DNA from: an uncultured Candidatus Saccharibacteria bacterium
Lineage (GTDB): Bacteria; Patescibacteriota; Saccharimonadia; CAILAD01; GCA-016700035
DNA length: 64,000 nucleotides
Reading direction: 5' to 3'
Assembly (NCBI GenBank): GCA_964535385.1
Contig: CAZHSY010000003.1
Span: 18,529 to 82,528, forward strand
Of the stretch, positions 31,751 to 41,822 are shown in pieces. The notes under the pieces were generated by a model that was given only the letters and a program-made list of their open reading frames with translations, did not search any database and was not told the origin of the DNA. How positions within the stretch are numbered: the first letter of the stretch is position 1; each line of letters starts with the position of its first letter. The translations under genes and the position numbers were made by a program.

Positions 31751-33025
31751 TTACTTGGCCTGTTCACAGAGCCAGTCAACCGCCCGCTGGGTGATCATGC
31801 GGTTAGCCACATCCTGCTTAAAGTGATCATGATCAAGATGCTCTAAGACTTCTGGGTCAGAATAGGTCGTACGCATATTCTCGATCTGAGCATCGACTTC
31901 TTCTGGCTTAGCAACAATCTTCTGCTTATCGATAACATCACGGATGATAAGGCCAATCTGAATGCGCTTCTGGGCCTCAGCTTTGAGCTCAGCTTCAAAG
32001 TCCTTTTCAGTTTTCTTCTGAATCTTCAACCAGTCTTTGAGCTCAATACCCTGTGAACGTACCTGTTTGTCAACTTCAGCCTGGAGTTCCTCAAGCTGTT
32101 CAGCCTCGAGAATCGGGCTAACTTCGAGCTTGGCATGCTTGACGGCTTCAGCCAGTACTTGACTCTCGTATTCTCGCTTTAGCTCCGTCTCTTTACCTTC
32201 AAGAAGATGCTTACGAATATCATCCTTTAGATCGTCAAGGGTTGGGAAATTGGCAATTTCTTTGGCTAGTTTGTCATCGAGGTCAGGAAGCTTAATCTCG
32301 CGGACTTCATGGATCTGAACGCTGAACTCCACGTCTTGACCGGCTAGCTCGGTAGCGTGGTAGTCCTTGGGAAAAGTAATCGTAAAAGTTTTCTTATCAG
32401 CCTTCTTCAGGCCAACCAATTCATCCTCGAAACCAGGGATGAATTGGTTGCTACCGACCACAATCATGGTGTTCATACCCTTCGCCCCGTCAACAGGCTT
32501 ACCATCCATCACGCCGTCAAAGTCCATACGAACCTCGTCGCCTTCTTGAACAGCTCGTTCAACTGTATTACGTTCGGCAGCCTGGCTGCGGACATTTTCA
32601 AGAGCTATCTCAATCTCAGCTTTCTCAACCTTAGGCTCGGCGTACTTGACCTTGAGCTTAGTGTAGTCGTAATCGATCTCTGGAAGGACGGCGACCGTAG
32701 CATCGTATTCAAGCTCATCAAATGGCACAAACTTCTTAACGTCAACCTTAGGATGGGCCAAGGTCCGCAAATCATGACCATTCACAGCTTCAGTAAAAGT
32801 AGCAGCCAGAACCTTCTCGACTACGCCTACTTGTAACTTAGCCGGATCAAGTGATCGCTCTACCATCGCGTCAGGAGCCTGGCCGGGTCGAAAGCCTGAG
32901 ACCTTAACATCTTTGCGGGCCGCATCGAGCACAGCTGCTTTGGCGCTCTGTAGTTCATCTTTTGTGACGATAATATGCAGACTCACCTCTGCTGGGGTTT
33001 GCTTGGTAATAGTAGCTTTTGTCAT
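31751..33025 (-). CDS. tig: Trigger factor
   Basis: 424-aa ORF with an FKBP-like central domain and N-terminal and C-terminal trigger-factor domains. Confidence 0.9.
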   Translation of the reverse strand: MTKATITKQTPAEVSLHIIVTKDELQSAKAAVLDAARKDVKVSGFRPGQAPDAMVERSLDPAKLQVGVVEKVLAATFTEAVNGHDLRTLAHPKVDVKKFVPFDELEYDATVAVLPEIDYDYTKLKVKYAEPKVEKAEIEIALENVRSQAAERNTVERAVQEGDEVRMDFDGVMDGKPVDGAKGMNTMIVVGSNQFIPGFEDELVGLKKADKKTFTITFPKDYHATELAGQDVEFSVQIHEVREIKLPDLDDKLAKEIANFPTLDDLKDDIRKHLLEGKETELKREYESQVLAEAVKHAKLEVSPILEAEQLEELQAEVDKQVRSQGIELKDWLKIQKKTEKDFEAELKAEAQKRIQIGLIIRDVIDKQKIVAKPEEVDAQIENMRTTYSDPEVLEHLDHDHFKQDVANRMITQRAVDWLCEQAK

Positions 33026-33107
33026 AAAGCCATGATACTACACGACTGAGAAGAAAACTAGCACTCAGCATGACCGAGTGCTAGTTTGCGCACCTTAAGA
33101 AGGTTTC

Positions 33108-33410
33108 TTAGGCAGCTCTTCGACTGATGTCGTGAGCCAGTTGGTCCAGAAAAGCCGCATGCAAGCCGGCCTGAGTTGTGTAATCCCCCTCTGGACAACG
33201 ATCGAGGAAGTGCTGACGCATCAGGCGAATAGCTTCGCCTACATGCCAATTATCTTGTGCAATACAGAGCACATTCAGAATCCTCAAGAAATGATCCTTA
33301 CCTCCATGCTGACAAATCTCTTCGATGCGAGCTACATCGCCGTCAGAACTCACCAGCCGACGAACTTCATAGCGTTGGAATACCCCCAAGCAATGGCGCT
33401 TCATATCCAA
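33108..33410 (-). CDS. Hypothetical protein (100 aa); possibly an HD-domain-like fragment
   Basis: The only ORF in this region. It has His/Asp motifs (…HGGKDH…). A perfect TATAAT lies upstream in the minus sense. Confidence 0.35.
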   Translation of the reverse strand: MDMKRHCLGVFQRYEVRRLVSSDGDVARIEEICQHGGKDHFLRILNVLCIAQDNWHVGEAIRLMRQHFLDRCPEGDYTTQAGLHAAFLDQLAHDISRRAA

Positions 33411-33510
33411 ACCCCCGTATGGACAATTCTGAATAGGTACGAGAATACTTGATCGACATTATATTCTTTCTGTTTCAATTATTAAATAGTTCTTAAATTT
33501 CACCTGGTTT

Positions 33511-33531
33511 GCAAGGCCAGGCCTTGCAAAA
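33511..33531. promoter_or_regulatory. Perfect 10-bp inverted repeat TTGCAAGGCC-a-GGCCTTGCAA (possible operator)
   Basis: Palindrome between the tRNA terminator and the 33108..33410 gene. Confidence 0.3.
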
Positions 33532-33543
33532 GTATTTGTAAAT

Positions 33544-33577
33544 AAAAAAGGGTCCGGAATTAACGTATCCGGCCTTT
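33544..33577 (-). terminator. Intrinsic terminator in the minus sense after tRNA-Leu (stem GGCCGGA…TCCGGACC followed by a U-run)
   Basis: Hairpin CCGGA-N9-TCCGG. In the minus sense it is followed by CTTTTTTATTT. Confidence 0.55.
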
Positions 33578-33780
33578 GAAGCAAGTGCTTCACGTCCTCG
33601 TGGGAGAGTAACTCAGAGGGAGGTACTACGAGGGTCGTCGCTCATGTCCTCATCCCAAACTTCGTCGTTGAGGGAATGGCGCCAGAACCCGCCGCTGAAG
33701 TCTCCAATAAGTACTTCCACCAAGTCATCCAACCTGGAATTATGTTCATTATTATAACATAATTGTAGGCTTTTTGTCAA

Positions 33781-33865
33781 TATCAATATCTGGTGCGGAT
33801 GAAAGGACTTGAACCTTCACGCCTTGCGGCACCAGCTCCTAAGGCTGGCGTGTCTACCAATTCCA
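33781..33865 (-). tRNA. tRNA-Leu (anticodon TAG), type II with a long variable arm and an encoded CCA
   Basis: Reverse complement is GCGGATGTGGTGGAATTGGTAGACACGCCAGCCTTAGGAGCTGGTGCCGCAAGGCGTGAAGGTTCAAGTCCTTTCATCCGCACCA. Cloverleaf stems were identified by eye. The anticodon loop is CTTAGGA. Confidence 0.85.
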
Positions 33866-33875
33866 CCACATCCGC

Positions 33876-34400
33876 TTACGAAACTTTCTTATAATACCCT
33901 ATTCTGGTGTCACCATACACCTTTTGCTTCACAAGCAGTATCTGATGAACTGTTTCAGGCAACTCCGAGGCCTTTCCGCAAGAAACGACCGTTGTCCCTC
34001 GGGAATCGAGATGTAATGTACTCCTCCCGAGTATATCTGGACTAAAATCCGCATACGGTGGGTCAAGAAAGATAATATCAAATAAGTCTTCAGTGTCACC
34101 CAGGTACTTATCGACATCACTCTGTAAAATCTGAGCCCTCGCTTTAACTCCAAGTTCTCGAGCATTCTCCTGAATAACTCTGCAAACGCCAGCTGATTTC
34201 TCAACAAACATCACCCTACTCGCCCCGCGACTCAGTGCTTCAAGCCCAAGTGCGCCCGACCCGGCGAATAGATCAAGCGCCGATAGTCCGGCCAGATCAT
34301 CACCGAGTACATTGAAAATTGCTTCACGCGTCCGCTGCGATACTGGTCGTGTCCCCTCGCCTGGCTGCTTAATTACCCGATAGCGCAAGGACCCGGCAGT
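33876..34400 (-). CDS. rsmD: 16S rRNA (guanine966-N2)-methyltransferase RsmD
   Basis: Class I methyltransferase motifs (LDLFAGSGALGLEA…DPPY). The start is chosen at the internal Met; the ORF track extends to 34487. Confidence 0.8.
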   Translation of the reverse strand, partial: TAGSLRYRVIKQPGEGTRPVSQRTREAIFNVLGDDLAGLSALDLFAGSGALGLEALSRGASRVMFVEKSAGVCRVIQENARELGVKARAQILQSDVDKYLGDTEDLFDIIFLDPPYADFSPDILGRSTLHLDSRGTTVVSCGKASELPETVHQILLVKQKVYGDTRIGYYKKVS

Positions 34401-34434
34401 CACCCGGGTGGTGTGTTGTTTTCCGGCCATGAGA

Positions 34435-35214
34435 CTATGAGTGAACCGGCGCCAGTTTCTTAACTGGCTCTTCACTCCAGGCTTCACGATAAGCTGACAG
34501 CCAAGCGGCGGCGATCAGCTGCGGAATTCGTGGCACGACGGTAGCCTTAACGGCCTTAGCCAGCTTAGCTGTCCAACCGTGCTTCAAAAACTCTTCATAC
34601 AAACCAAGCTTGGCGATCTTGAGCGACTCATCCTTAATCACCTGCTTAATACCATCCCGCTCGATGGCCTGAGCCAGCGTCATGTCAAATTTCACACGCA
34701 GTGGCGAGAAAAGTGTGGCCGTCGAGATACCAGATTCGAAAGCGATATGAGCGCTCTTCCAACCCTTCGTACCCCAGGTCTTCCAGCGCCGCATCATCTT
34801 AGAAGCTTCGGCGTACTCCTCGGCAATTAGTTTATAGCTCAAATGATGAGCTGGAGTCAGCGAATCAGTAACGTAGTGCGCCATATAACCAGCGTGAAAG
34901 GCGGCTTCAACATAATCTTGCTTCTTCAAGGCGGCTACAAGATTCTCGTGATGAATAGCAATCCAATCTGGCAGATGGCCAATTTCATTCACCGGATCCC
35001 ATAAGTGATCAGTCGAGTACTTACCAGCACCCTTTACCTTCATGCCGTCAGGTCCACCGTAACCTTCGAAATTCAGAATGTCCTTGCGTCGGGGGAAGTG
35101 GCCGGTGTTAATCATCGGGCTAAGCATACGAAAAGCCTCCCGATCAAGTTTTTGATGGGTTCCTGCGATGGTGATCTTGCCACGAGTGGCGAATGATGCA
35201 ATACCTGAATTCAT
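34435..35214 (-). CDS. Hypothetical His-rich protein (259 aa); possibly a Zn-dependent phospholipase C-like or S1/P1 nuclease-like fold
   Basis: Multiple conserved His and Asp residues (THQK…HLWDP…HHENL…HAGYMAHY…AHH). Low-confidence fold guess. Confidence 0.35.
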   Translation of the reverse strand: MNSGIASFATRGKITIAGTHQKLDREAFRMLSPMINTGHFPRRKDILNFEGYGGPDGMKVKGAGKYSTDHLWDPVNEIGHLPDWIAIHHENLVAALKKQDYVEAAFHAGYMAHYVTDSLTPAHHLSYKLIAEEYAEASKMMRRWKTWGTKGWKSAHIAFESGISTATLFSPLRVKFDMTLAQAIERDGIKQVIKDESLKIAKLGLYEEFLKHGWTAKLAKAVKATVVPRIPQLIAAAWLSAYREAWSEEPVKKLAPVHS

Positions 35215-35223
35215 AGTTTGATG

Positions 35224-37278
35224 TTAATCGAGTGAGGTGACGGCTTTTAATCGGTTGATTCGCTCGATCGTATGTGGGTATTTTACAATATTATCGCTGG
35301 CAAGGAAAGCCAGAGCGGCTTCGCTAGCCTCAGTAATCAGTCGACTATCGCTCAGGCTTGCAAATCGCAAGTCTAACTTGCCCGCTTGGCGCTCTCCATA
35401 AATCTGACCGGGACCACGGTTCTCCAGATCAACTTGAGCCAAGCGAAAGCCGTCGTGAGTCCTCTCCAGAGCCCTCACACGAGCCACACTAGCCCCGTCA
35501 GCAGTGTTGAGGAAAAGATAACAATATGACGGGGCCGAGCCTCGACCGACCCGACCACGCAATTGATGCAAGGTGGCCAGACCAAACCGTTCAGCTCCCT
35601 CTACTACCATTACCGAAGCATTTGCCACGTGTACGCCGACCTCAATAACCGTCGTAGCCACCAAGATATCAATCAGGCCGGCTGCAAATCGCTCCATCAC
35701 TCGGACCTTGTCCTCAGGCTTGAGTTTGCCATGCAAGAGGCCAACCCGACGATGTGCAAAGACTGTCCGCTGCAAGCGCCGGAACTCGGTCGTGACCGCC
35801 TTCATACCACCAGTGTCAGTCTCATCGATAGCTGGACAGACAATGTATATTTGCTGGCCCTGCTCGATCAAAGCATCAATATCATGCTCAATGCGGGCTC
35901 GATCACGCTCAAAAACCACCTGAGTCCGCACCGGTTTACGGCCAGGTGGGAGCTGTTTGATCGTCGAGATACTCAAATCTCCGTACATCACCAGCGCGAG
36001 TGTCCGAGGAATTGGTGTGGCGGTCATCGTCAGAACATGTGGCAAACGGCCAGCCTTGTCCTTCAGCGTCAGTCGCTGCTTGACCCCAAAACGGTGCTGC
36101 TCGTCGATAATCACTAGCCCAAGACGATCAAAAGCAGCCTGCTTGGTGATGAGGGCTTGCGTGCCCACCACTAACTCAACACTGCCATCGGCTAGGCCAT
36201 CACGAACCGCCCGACGCTCAGCGGCTGGTAATTTACTGGTCAAGAGAGCTGGCTGTAACTCCCAAGGAGCGAGCAGTTCCGTTAATGTGGCCTGGTGTTG
36301 GCGAGCTAGTATATCAGTTGGCACCATGATGGCTACCTGGTGGCCAGCCCGTATTGCCATGAGGGCCACGAATGCAGCCACAACAGTCTTACCTGAACCA
36401 ACGTCACCCTCAAGCAAACGATTCATGGGCTGCGTTTGGGCTAGATCATCAAAAATCCGCATAGCCACCCGGCGCTGATCATCAGTTAACTTATATGGCA
36501 GCTGCTCCGTAAACTGCTTGGCCAAAACAGTGTCTAGTGGAATCGAAATACCAGCTTCAGTTAAGAGCTCCTCTTTAATACTCAAACCAGCCGCCAGGTG
36601 CAGAAAGAGCTCAGTAAAAGCCATCCGTGCCCGAGCCGCCTCCAGCTGCTCTGTCGAATTGGGCTTGTGCAATTGTTGATACGCCTCGGCTCGAGTCATA
36701 AGCCTCTGCTTGTCTCGAATATCCTCTGGCAATTCGTCGAGTAATTGATCGGCCACCGGCAAAACTTGATCGATGAGTTTACGTAGCAATGTCGAAGTTA
36801 CTTTAGCGGACTCACTATAAATAGGCACAATCGAACCAGCTTTCTTACCCTGACTATTGGCCTCCGGGGCTGGTTCAAAGCTAGCCTGAGTGATGCCATA
36901 TTGATTACTAGCAAACTTCAAATCCCCTAAAAAGAAATACCACTCGTCTTTCTTAAGCTGCTGCACAATCCAGGGCGACTGAAACCACGTCAGCTTGAGC
37001 GAGCCAGTCGCATCACTGACAACTGCTTCGGTGATCGTCATACCCTTGCGCTTGTAGCTCGAACGCACACCGAGATGCTCAACCTTAGCTCTGACCGTTA
37101 CCAGGCCGGGTCGCAGCTGAGCAATCGTCTGAACCTTCGAAAAATCATCATAACGGCGAGGAAAATAATCTAAGAGATCAGCCACTGTCTCCAGGCCCAG
37201 AGCAGCTAATTGTGTATCAACGACTTCGCCGACACCCTTTAAGCGTGATAGCGGCGTGGTAAGAGACAAATACGTCAT
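35224..37278 (-). CDS. recG: ATP-dependent DNA helicase RecG
   Basis: 684-aa ORF with an N-terminal wedge region and SF2 helicase motifs (GDVGSGKT, DEQHRFG). Confidence 0.92.
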   Translation of the reverse strand: MTYLSLTTPLSRLKGVGEVVDTQLAALGLETVADLLDYFPRRYDDFSKVQTIAQLRPGLVTVRAKVEHLGVRSSYKRKGMTITEAVVSDATGSLKLTWFQSPWIVQQLKKDEWYFFLGDLKFASNQYGITQASFEPAPEANSQGKKAGSIVPIYSESAKVTSTLLRKLIDQVLPVADQLLDELPEDIRDKQRLMTRAEAYQQLHKPNSTEQLEAARARMAFTELFLHLAAGLSIKEELLTEAGISIPLDTVLAKQFTEQLPYKLTDDQRRVAMRIFDDLAQTQPMNRLLEGDVGSGKTVVAAFVALMAIRAGHQVAIMVPTDILARQHQATLTELLAPWELQPALLTSKLPAAERRAVRDGLADGSVELVVGTQALITKQAAFDRLGLVIIDEQHRFGVKQRLTLKDKAGRLPHVLTMTATPIPRTLALVMYGDLSISTIKQLPPGRKPVRTQVVFERDRARIEHDIDALIEQGQQIYIVCPAIDETDTGGMKAVTTEFRRLQRTVFAHRRVGLLHGKLKPEDKVRVMERFAAGLIDILVATTVIEVGVHVANASVMVVEGAERFGLATLHQLRGRVGRGSAPSYCYLFLNTADGASVARVRALERTHDGFRLAQVDLENRGPGQIYGERQAGKLDLRFASLSDSRLITEASEAALAFLASDNIVKYPHTIERINRLKAVTSLD

Positions 37279-38462
37279 ACAACGATGCGTTTGTAGCGAC
37301 GCTTGCCGAGCTGCGCTACGACACCAGGCTTCACCCGCACGCCATCGAGCGACTCAACGACTTCGCTATCAAACTTCACACCCCCCTGCCCAACCAAGCG
37401 GCGAATCTCCGACTTAGTAACTGTAAATGCATTGGCGAGCAGACCAACTGGGTCAGCCAACTCCTTATCATCAGCCATATACTCTTCGATCTCATCAGGA
37501 TCCTCACCACTTCGAAACTGTTTCTCCCAAGCGATCTCAGCTTCGATTGCCTTATTCGCGCCATGATAGCGAGCCACAATCTCCCGAGCCAATGAGGCCT
37601 TGGCATCACGTGGATTGTCGCCAGCCGCAGCATCTTGCTCCATCTGTTTTATCTGATTCATCGGCACATCGGTAGCTAATCGGAAATAGTGGAATATCAC
37701 ATCATCACTAATGGTCATCACCTTGCCATACATCTCGAGTGGAGCGTCGGTAATAAAAATACAATTAGGGGCCGTCTTGCTCATTTTCTTTCCATCCGCA
37801 CCAACCAAAAGCTCTGTCACTAGAATGGATTGAGGTATCTGATCGAGTCGCTTCTGCAAGGTCCGGCCGGCCATGAGATTAAAGAGCTGATCATTCCCGC
37901 CCAACTCAACGTCAGCGTGCAAGGCGACAGAGTCATATCCCTGCATTACGGGGTACAGAAACTCTTGCAAGCCAATTGGCTTATTATTGTCATAGCGTTG
38001 CCTAAAATTATCTCGCTCCAGCATCTGTGCGACTTTAAACTCACTTGCCAAGTCAAGAACCTCTCGAAACTCCAGCTTCTTCAGCCACTCGGAGTTATGT
38101 CGAATCTCAGCCCGTTCTAGGTCGACAATTTTACCAATCTGCTTCAAGTAACTCTTCATATTGGCTCGGACTTCATCGGAAGTCAGTGGTTGGCGCTCGG
38201 CCTCCTTATCGGACGTATCGCCTATTTGGGCTGTATAGTCGCCTATCAGGATAATCACCTGGTGACCAAGTTCCTGGAAGGCACGTAACTTCCAATACAC
38301 AACGGCGTGACCGATATGAATCTTGTCTCCGGTTGGATCGATACCGAATTTGATACGCAAAGGCTTACGACCACGCAATTTCGTCTCGAGATCAGTCCGC
38401 ACAATTACGTCCTCAACACCACGAGTCAGGAGCTCTTGAATATCTGGTTTACGATTTGTCAT
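37275..38462 (-). CDS. tyrS: Tyrosine--tRNA ligase
   Basis: HIGH motif (KIHIGHAV), KMSKT motif (KKMSKT) and a C-terminal S4 domain. Confidence 0.93.
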   Translation of the reverse strand: MTNRKPDIQELLTRGVEDVIVRTDLETKLRGRKPLRIKFGIDPTGDKIHIGHAVVYWKLRAFQELGHQVIILIGDYTAQIGDTSDKEAERQPLTSDEVRANMKSYLKQIGKIVDLERAEIRHNSEWLKKLEFREVLDLASEFKVAQMLERDNFRQRYDNNKPIGLQEFLYPVMQGYDSVALHADVELGGNDQLFNLMAGRTLQKRLDQIPQSILVTELLVGADGKKMSKTAPNCIFITDAPLEMYGKVMTISDDVIFHYFRLATDVPMNQIKQMEQDAAAGDNPRDAKASLAREIVARYHGANKAIEAEIAWEKQFRSGEDPDEIEEYMADDKELADPVGLLANAFTVTKSEIRRLVGQGGVKFDSEVVESLDGVRVKPGVVAQLGKRRYKRIVV

Positions 38463-38750
38463 AGCAATATAATACCAGATCAGGGTTCAGTAATTGGAAT
38501 CGCAGGAAACTCGAGATTAAAACTTGGCTTTGGCCGCACATTACAATCATTGCCCGACTACCCCACCCAGTACCGGGCTACTTTCTGACAATACTAACCA
38601 TGGCGCTAGCCCCGCATGAAATTGAGGCGGACATGAAGTACGGTGAAATTTCATAGGAGCGTGACTTTGTCGGACAGTGCATCGAAAATAAGTCGCATTG
38701 TGATCAGTAAAATCTCAGCTACTTTAGTGGTATAATGTAGGCACTTAATC

Positions 38751-41357
38751 ATGGCTCGACGAACTCGTCATTCTAAACCACGCCAGGTCACGCATAGCGC
38801 ACCAAATGTGCATCCTGAGGCAGCTAAGCTCAACCGATCCCGGAAGAAAGTTCAGGGCTGGGCGCGCTTCTCCCCGAAGAACATTTGGGCCTGGATGATC
38901 TCGCAAAAGGGCCGCCGTATTATTGGAATTGCGGCAGCTTCTTTTCTCTTACTGATTGTCGGCCTCTTCCTGTGGATCGCTAAGGATCTGCCAAGTCCAA
39001 ATAAAATCAACTCTAAAATCTCAGCTCAAACCACCAAACTGTATGACCGGACCGGCCAGACGGTACTCATCGAGATCTATGGCGATAAAAACCGATCAGT
39101 CGTCCAGCTGGATCAGGTTCCAAAAGAATGCCGAGAAGCTACCATTGCTTTGGAGGATAAAAACTTCTACACCCAAGGTGCTTTCTCGGTAACCGGTATT
39201 GGTCGCGCGCTGACTGGTATCGTCTTTCGTGATCCTAGTAAGGGCGGTGGTTCAACAATTACTCAACAGTATGTCAAAAATGCTTTTCTTACCGGTGAGC
39301 GCACCCCGACCCGTAAACTTAAGGAGCTTATCCTGGCTATGCAGATTGAGCTTCTGTATAAGAAGGATGACATCATGCAACTGTACCTGAATGAAATCCC
39401 ATATGGTGGTACTGCCTATGGTATCCAAGCTGCTGCCAAGACCTACTTTGGTAAGAACGTTCAAGAGCTAAACCTGGCCGAGTGCTCAACGCTGGCTGCT
39501 CTCCCGCAGAGCCCGAGCTACTATAACACTCACCGAGAAGCCCTAGCTGGCCGACAAGAGATAGCCCTTCACAACATGGTGGAGCAGGGCTACATCAATC
39601 AGGGCCAAGCTGACGCTGCGCTCAAAGAAAACGTTGTCGCTACAATGAAGGTAAAGAACTATGGCGCCAATGTCATCGCACCACACTTCGTACAGTACGT
39701 CCGCGAACAACTCGAAGAAAAATATGGTGAGAAAACAGTCGATGAAGGTGGTCTCAAGGTCATTACGACCCTTGACCTAAATAAGCAGAAAATCGCTGAA
39801 GACTCAGTCAAAAACAATATCGCCAGCGTTCGTAAGTTTGGTGGTAGTAATGCCGCCCTGGTGTCAGAGGATGTTGATACTGGTGAAATGTTGGCTATGG
39901 TGGGCAGCTACGACTATGGCGATGAAAAGGTTGGTAACTTCAACGTAGCCGCCGCCGAACGCCAACCAGGCTCGAGCTTTAAGCCAATCGTATATGCCAC
40001 GCTCTTCAAGGGCAATTGGGGGCCTGGCTCGACCATGTATGACGTCACGACCGACTTCGGCGGTGGCTACAAGCCGAAGAACTACACAGGCCGCACTTAT
40101 GGCGTGCAGTCGGTTCGAACGGCTCTGGCTAGCTCACTCAACATTCCTGCCGTCAAAGCCCTCTATATTGCCGGCATTCCAAACGTAATCCAAACCGCCA
40201 ACGACCTCGGAATCACCACCCTCAAGAAAGAAGATGCCTCACGCATGGGTCTGTCTATGGCGCTGGGTGCGGGTGAAGTCAAGCTCACTGAGATGGTTAA
40301 CGCCTTCACGGCCTTCCCGAACGGTGGCGAGATACGTAACCAAGTTACCGTATTATCTGTTACTGACCCCAGTGGTAAGACGCTTGAGAAGAACACTGAC
40401 TCTGATAATCGCCCCAAGCAAGTACTTGATCCGCAGGTAGCTTACGAGATTAATTCAGTCCTGTCTGATAACCAGGCACGCTGTTCACTCGGAGTATTCA
40501 CCTGTAACAATCCACTCGTACTCAAGGGCAAAACCGCTGCTGCTAAAACTGGTACGACTGAGGACTATAAAGACGCCTGGACGATGGGTTATACCCGCCG
40601 AACCATGACCGGTGTCTGGGCTGGCAATAACGACAACACCCCCATGACTCAGTCGGCCTCAATCGTGTCGGCCCCAATCTGGCAGAGCTACATGTCTCAG
40701 GTGACTGCCGATGAAGAGAATGAAGCCTTCACACGACCATCGGGCCTCAAGAATGTTACGCTTGACGCCGACACCGGTAAGCTCCCGAACGACGGAACAA
40801 AGCACCAACGCACTGACTTTTTCGCAGCTTGGTACAAGCCTGTGACAGCACCAACAAGCTCAAGTGGCAAAGTTAATAAACTCGACGGCAAGCTAGCAAC
40901 CGAATGTACGCCCGAGGACGCCATCCAGAGCGTGACAGCTAACAGCCTGACAGCAGAGATCCCTTCGACGGATATCTCCTACCCACGTTGGCAAGCACCG
41001 ATTAACGTCTTGGCGGCCAGCCTGGGTTTTACCGGCGGTGCGAGCATTCCGACCGAGAAGTCGACGATGCACAATTGCAGCGACGTAAAACCAACCGTTT
41101 CGATTTTAGTAACCCCTTCGAGCGGGAATAGCTTCATCGTCGGCGCTGCCGTCATTAGCGGTACCAACCCGGCTAATAAGTTGACGTACTATGTAAATGA
41201 TCAGGAGCTTACATCTCAACAGATAAACGGGAGTGGCGCCTACCCACTCACGATTACTCCAGGCATTGAGGGTCCGATTAAGATTCAGGTCAAGGTAACT
41301 GACGCGGCACTCTACACCGGCACTTCTAATACTATTAATGTCACGGGTACTCCATAA
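38751..41357 (+). CDS. Class A penicillin-binding protein (glycosyltransferase plus transpeptidase) with a Ser/Thr-rich C-terminal β-domain extension of about 170 aa
   Basis: N-terminal transmembrane helix, GT51 motifs (EDKNFYTQGA…, RKLKE) and transpeptidase motifs (SSFKP, SxN, KTGT). Confidence 0.92.
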   Translation: MARRTRHSKPRQVTHSAPNVHPEAAKLNRSRKKVQGWARFSPKNIWAWMISQKGRRIIGIAAASFLLLIVGLFLWIAKDLPSPNKINSKISAQTTKLYDRTGQTVLIEIYGDKNRSVVQLDQVPKECREATIALEDKNFYTQGAFSVTGIGRALTGIVFRDPSKGGGSTITQQYVKNAFLTGERTPTRKLKELILAMQIELLYKKDDIMQLYLNEIPYGGTAYGIQAAAKTYFGKNVQELNLAECSTLAALPQSPSYYNTHREALAGRQEIALHNMVEQGYINQGQADAALKENVVATMKVKNYGANVIAPHFVQYVREQLEEKYGEKTVDEGGLKVITTLDLNKQKIAEDSVKNNIASVRKFGGSNAALVSEDVDTGEMLAMVGSYDYGDEKVGNFNVAAAERQPGSSFKPIVYATLFKGNWGPGSTMYDVTTDFGGGYKPKNYTGRTYGVQSVRTALASSLNIPAVKALYIAGIPNVIQTANDLGITTLKKEDASRMGLSMALGAGEVKLTEMVNAFTAFPNGGEIRNQVTVLSVTDPSGKTLEKNTDSDNRPKQVLDPQVAYEINSVLSDNQARCSLGVFTCNNPLVLKGKTAAAKTGTTEDYKDAWTMGYTRRTMTGVWAGNNDNTPMTQSASIVSAPIWQSYMSQVTADEENEAFTRPSGLKNVTLDADTGKLPNDGTKHQRTDFFAAWYKPVTAPTSSSGKVNKLDGKLATECTPEDAIQSVTANSLTAEIPSTDISYPRWQAPINVLAASLGFTGGASIPTEKSTMHNCSDVKPTVSILVTPSSGNSFIVGAAVISGTNPANKLTYYVNDQELTSQQINGSGAYPLTITPGIEGPIKIQVKVTDAALYTGTSNTINVTGTP

Positions 41358-41591
41358 AGTAGTCGGCGAGTCATGTACCCCACCCGTCTTAGAGCGCGCT
41401 GGCCGACATTTCCTCCGCGGTAATCATTCACCGTAATTTATATATACGGCTGACTACGTTCCTAGATGATAAATACCAGCCAGCGCCACTCAAGACAACC
41501 GGGTGCTGAGCAAGGAGTACGAGGGTAATGAGAGAAAGTATTTAATCATTTTTATAGTATTCATGAGCAAGCAAAAACTCTCGAGGAGCTC

Positions 41592-41822
41592 ATGGCGGGC
41601 TGGGAACCTTTTGAGCAGCCCAAGGCCGGACGAGTGTTTAAGCACTACAAAAGTGATCTCTACGATATTCTTGAGACTGGCTTCATAGAAGCCACTGAAG
41701 AACCCTGCATCACATATCGATCACAAAATAAGGGCTTTGTGGGGGTTCGAACAGCTAGAGATTTCTTTGCTACAATCAAACACGACAGCAAGACACTTCC
41801 CCGTTTCCGCCCGATAGATTAA
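41592..41822 (+). CDS. Small hypothetical protein (76 aa)
   Basis: ORF with GAGGAG 3 nt upstream of the ATG. Codon usage looks coding. No homology recognised. Confidence 0.35.
   Translation: MAGWEPFEQPKAGRVFKHYKSDLYDILETGFIEATEEPCITYRSQNKGFVGVRTARDFFATIKHDSKTLPRFRPID

Noticed and set aside
33132-33452. 106-aa plus-strand ORF overlapping the minus-strand 100-aa ORF at 33108..33410.
   Set aside because: Only one can be real. The minus-strand ORF has an upstream TATAAT and fits the local gene orientation. Neither has recognisable homology, so only the minus-strand one is listed, at low confidence.
38463-38750. T-box riboswitch in the tyrS leader.
   Set aside because: No match to the conserved T-box sequence (AGGGUGGNACCGCG) in the reverse complement. 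Only generic hairpins and divergent promoter elements were seen.
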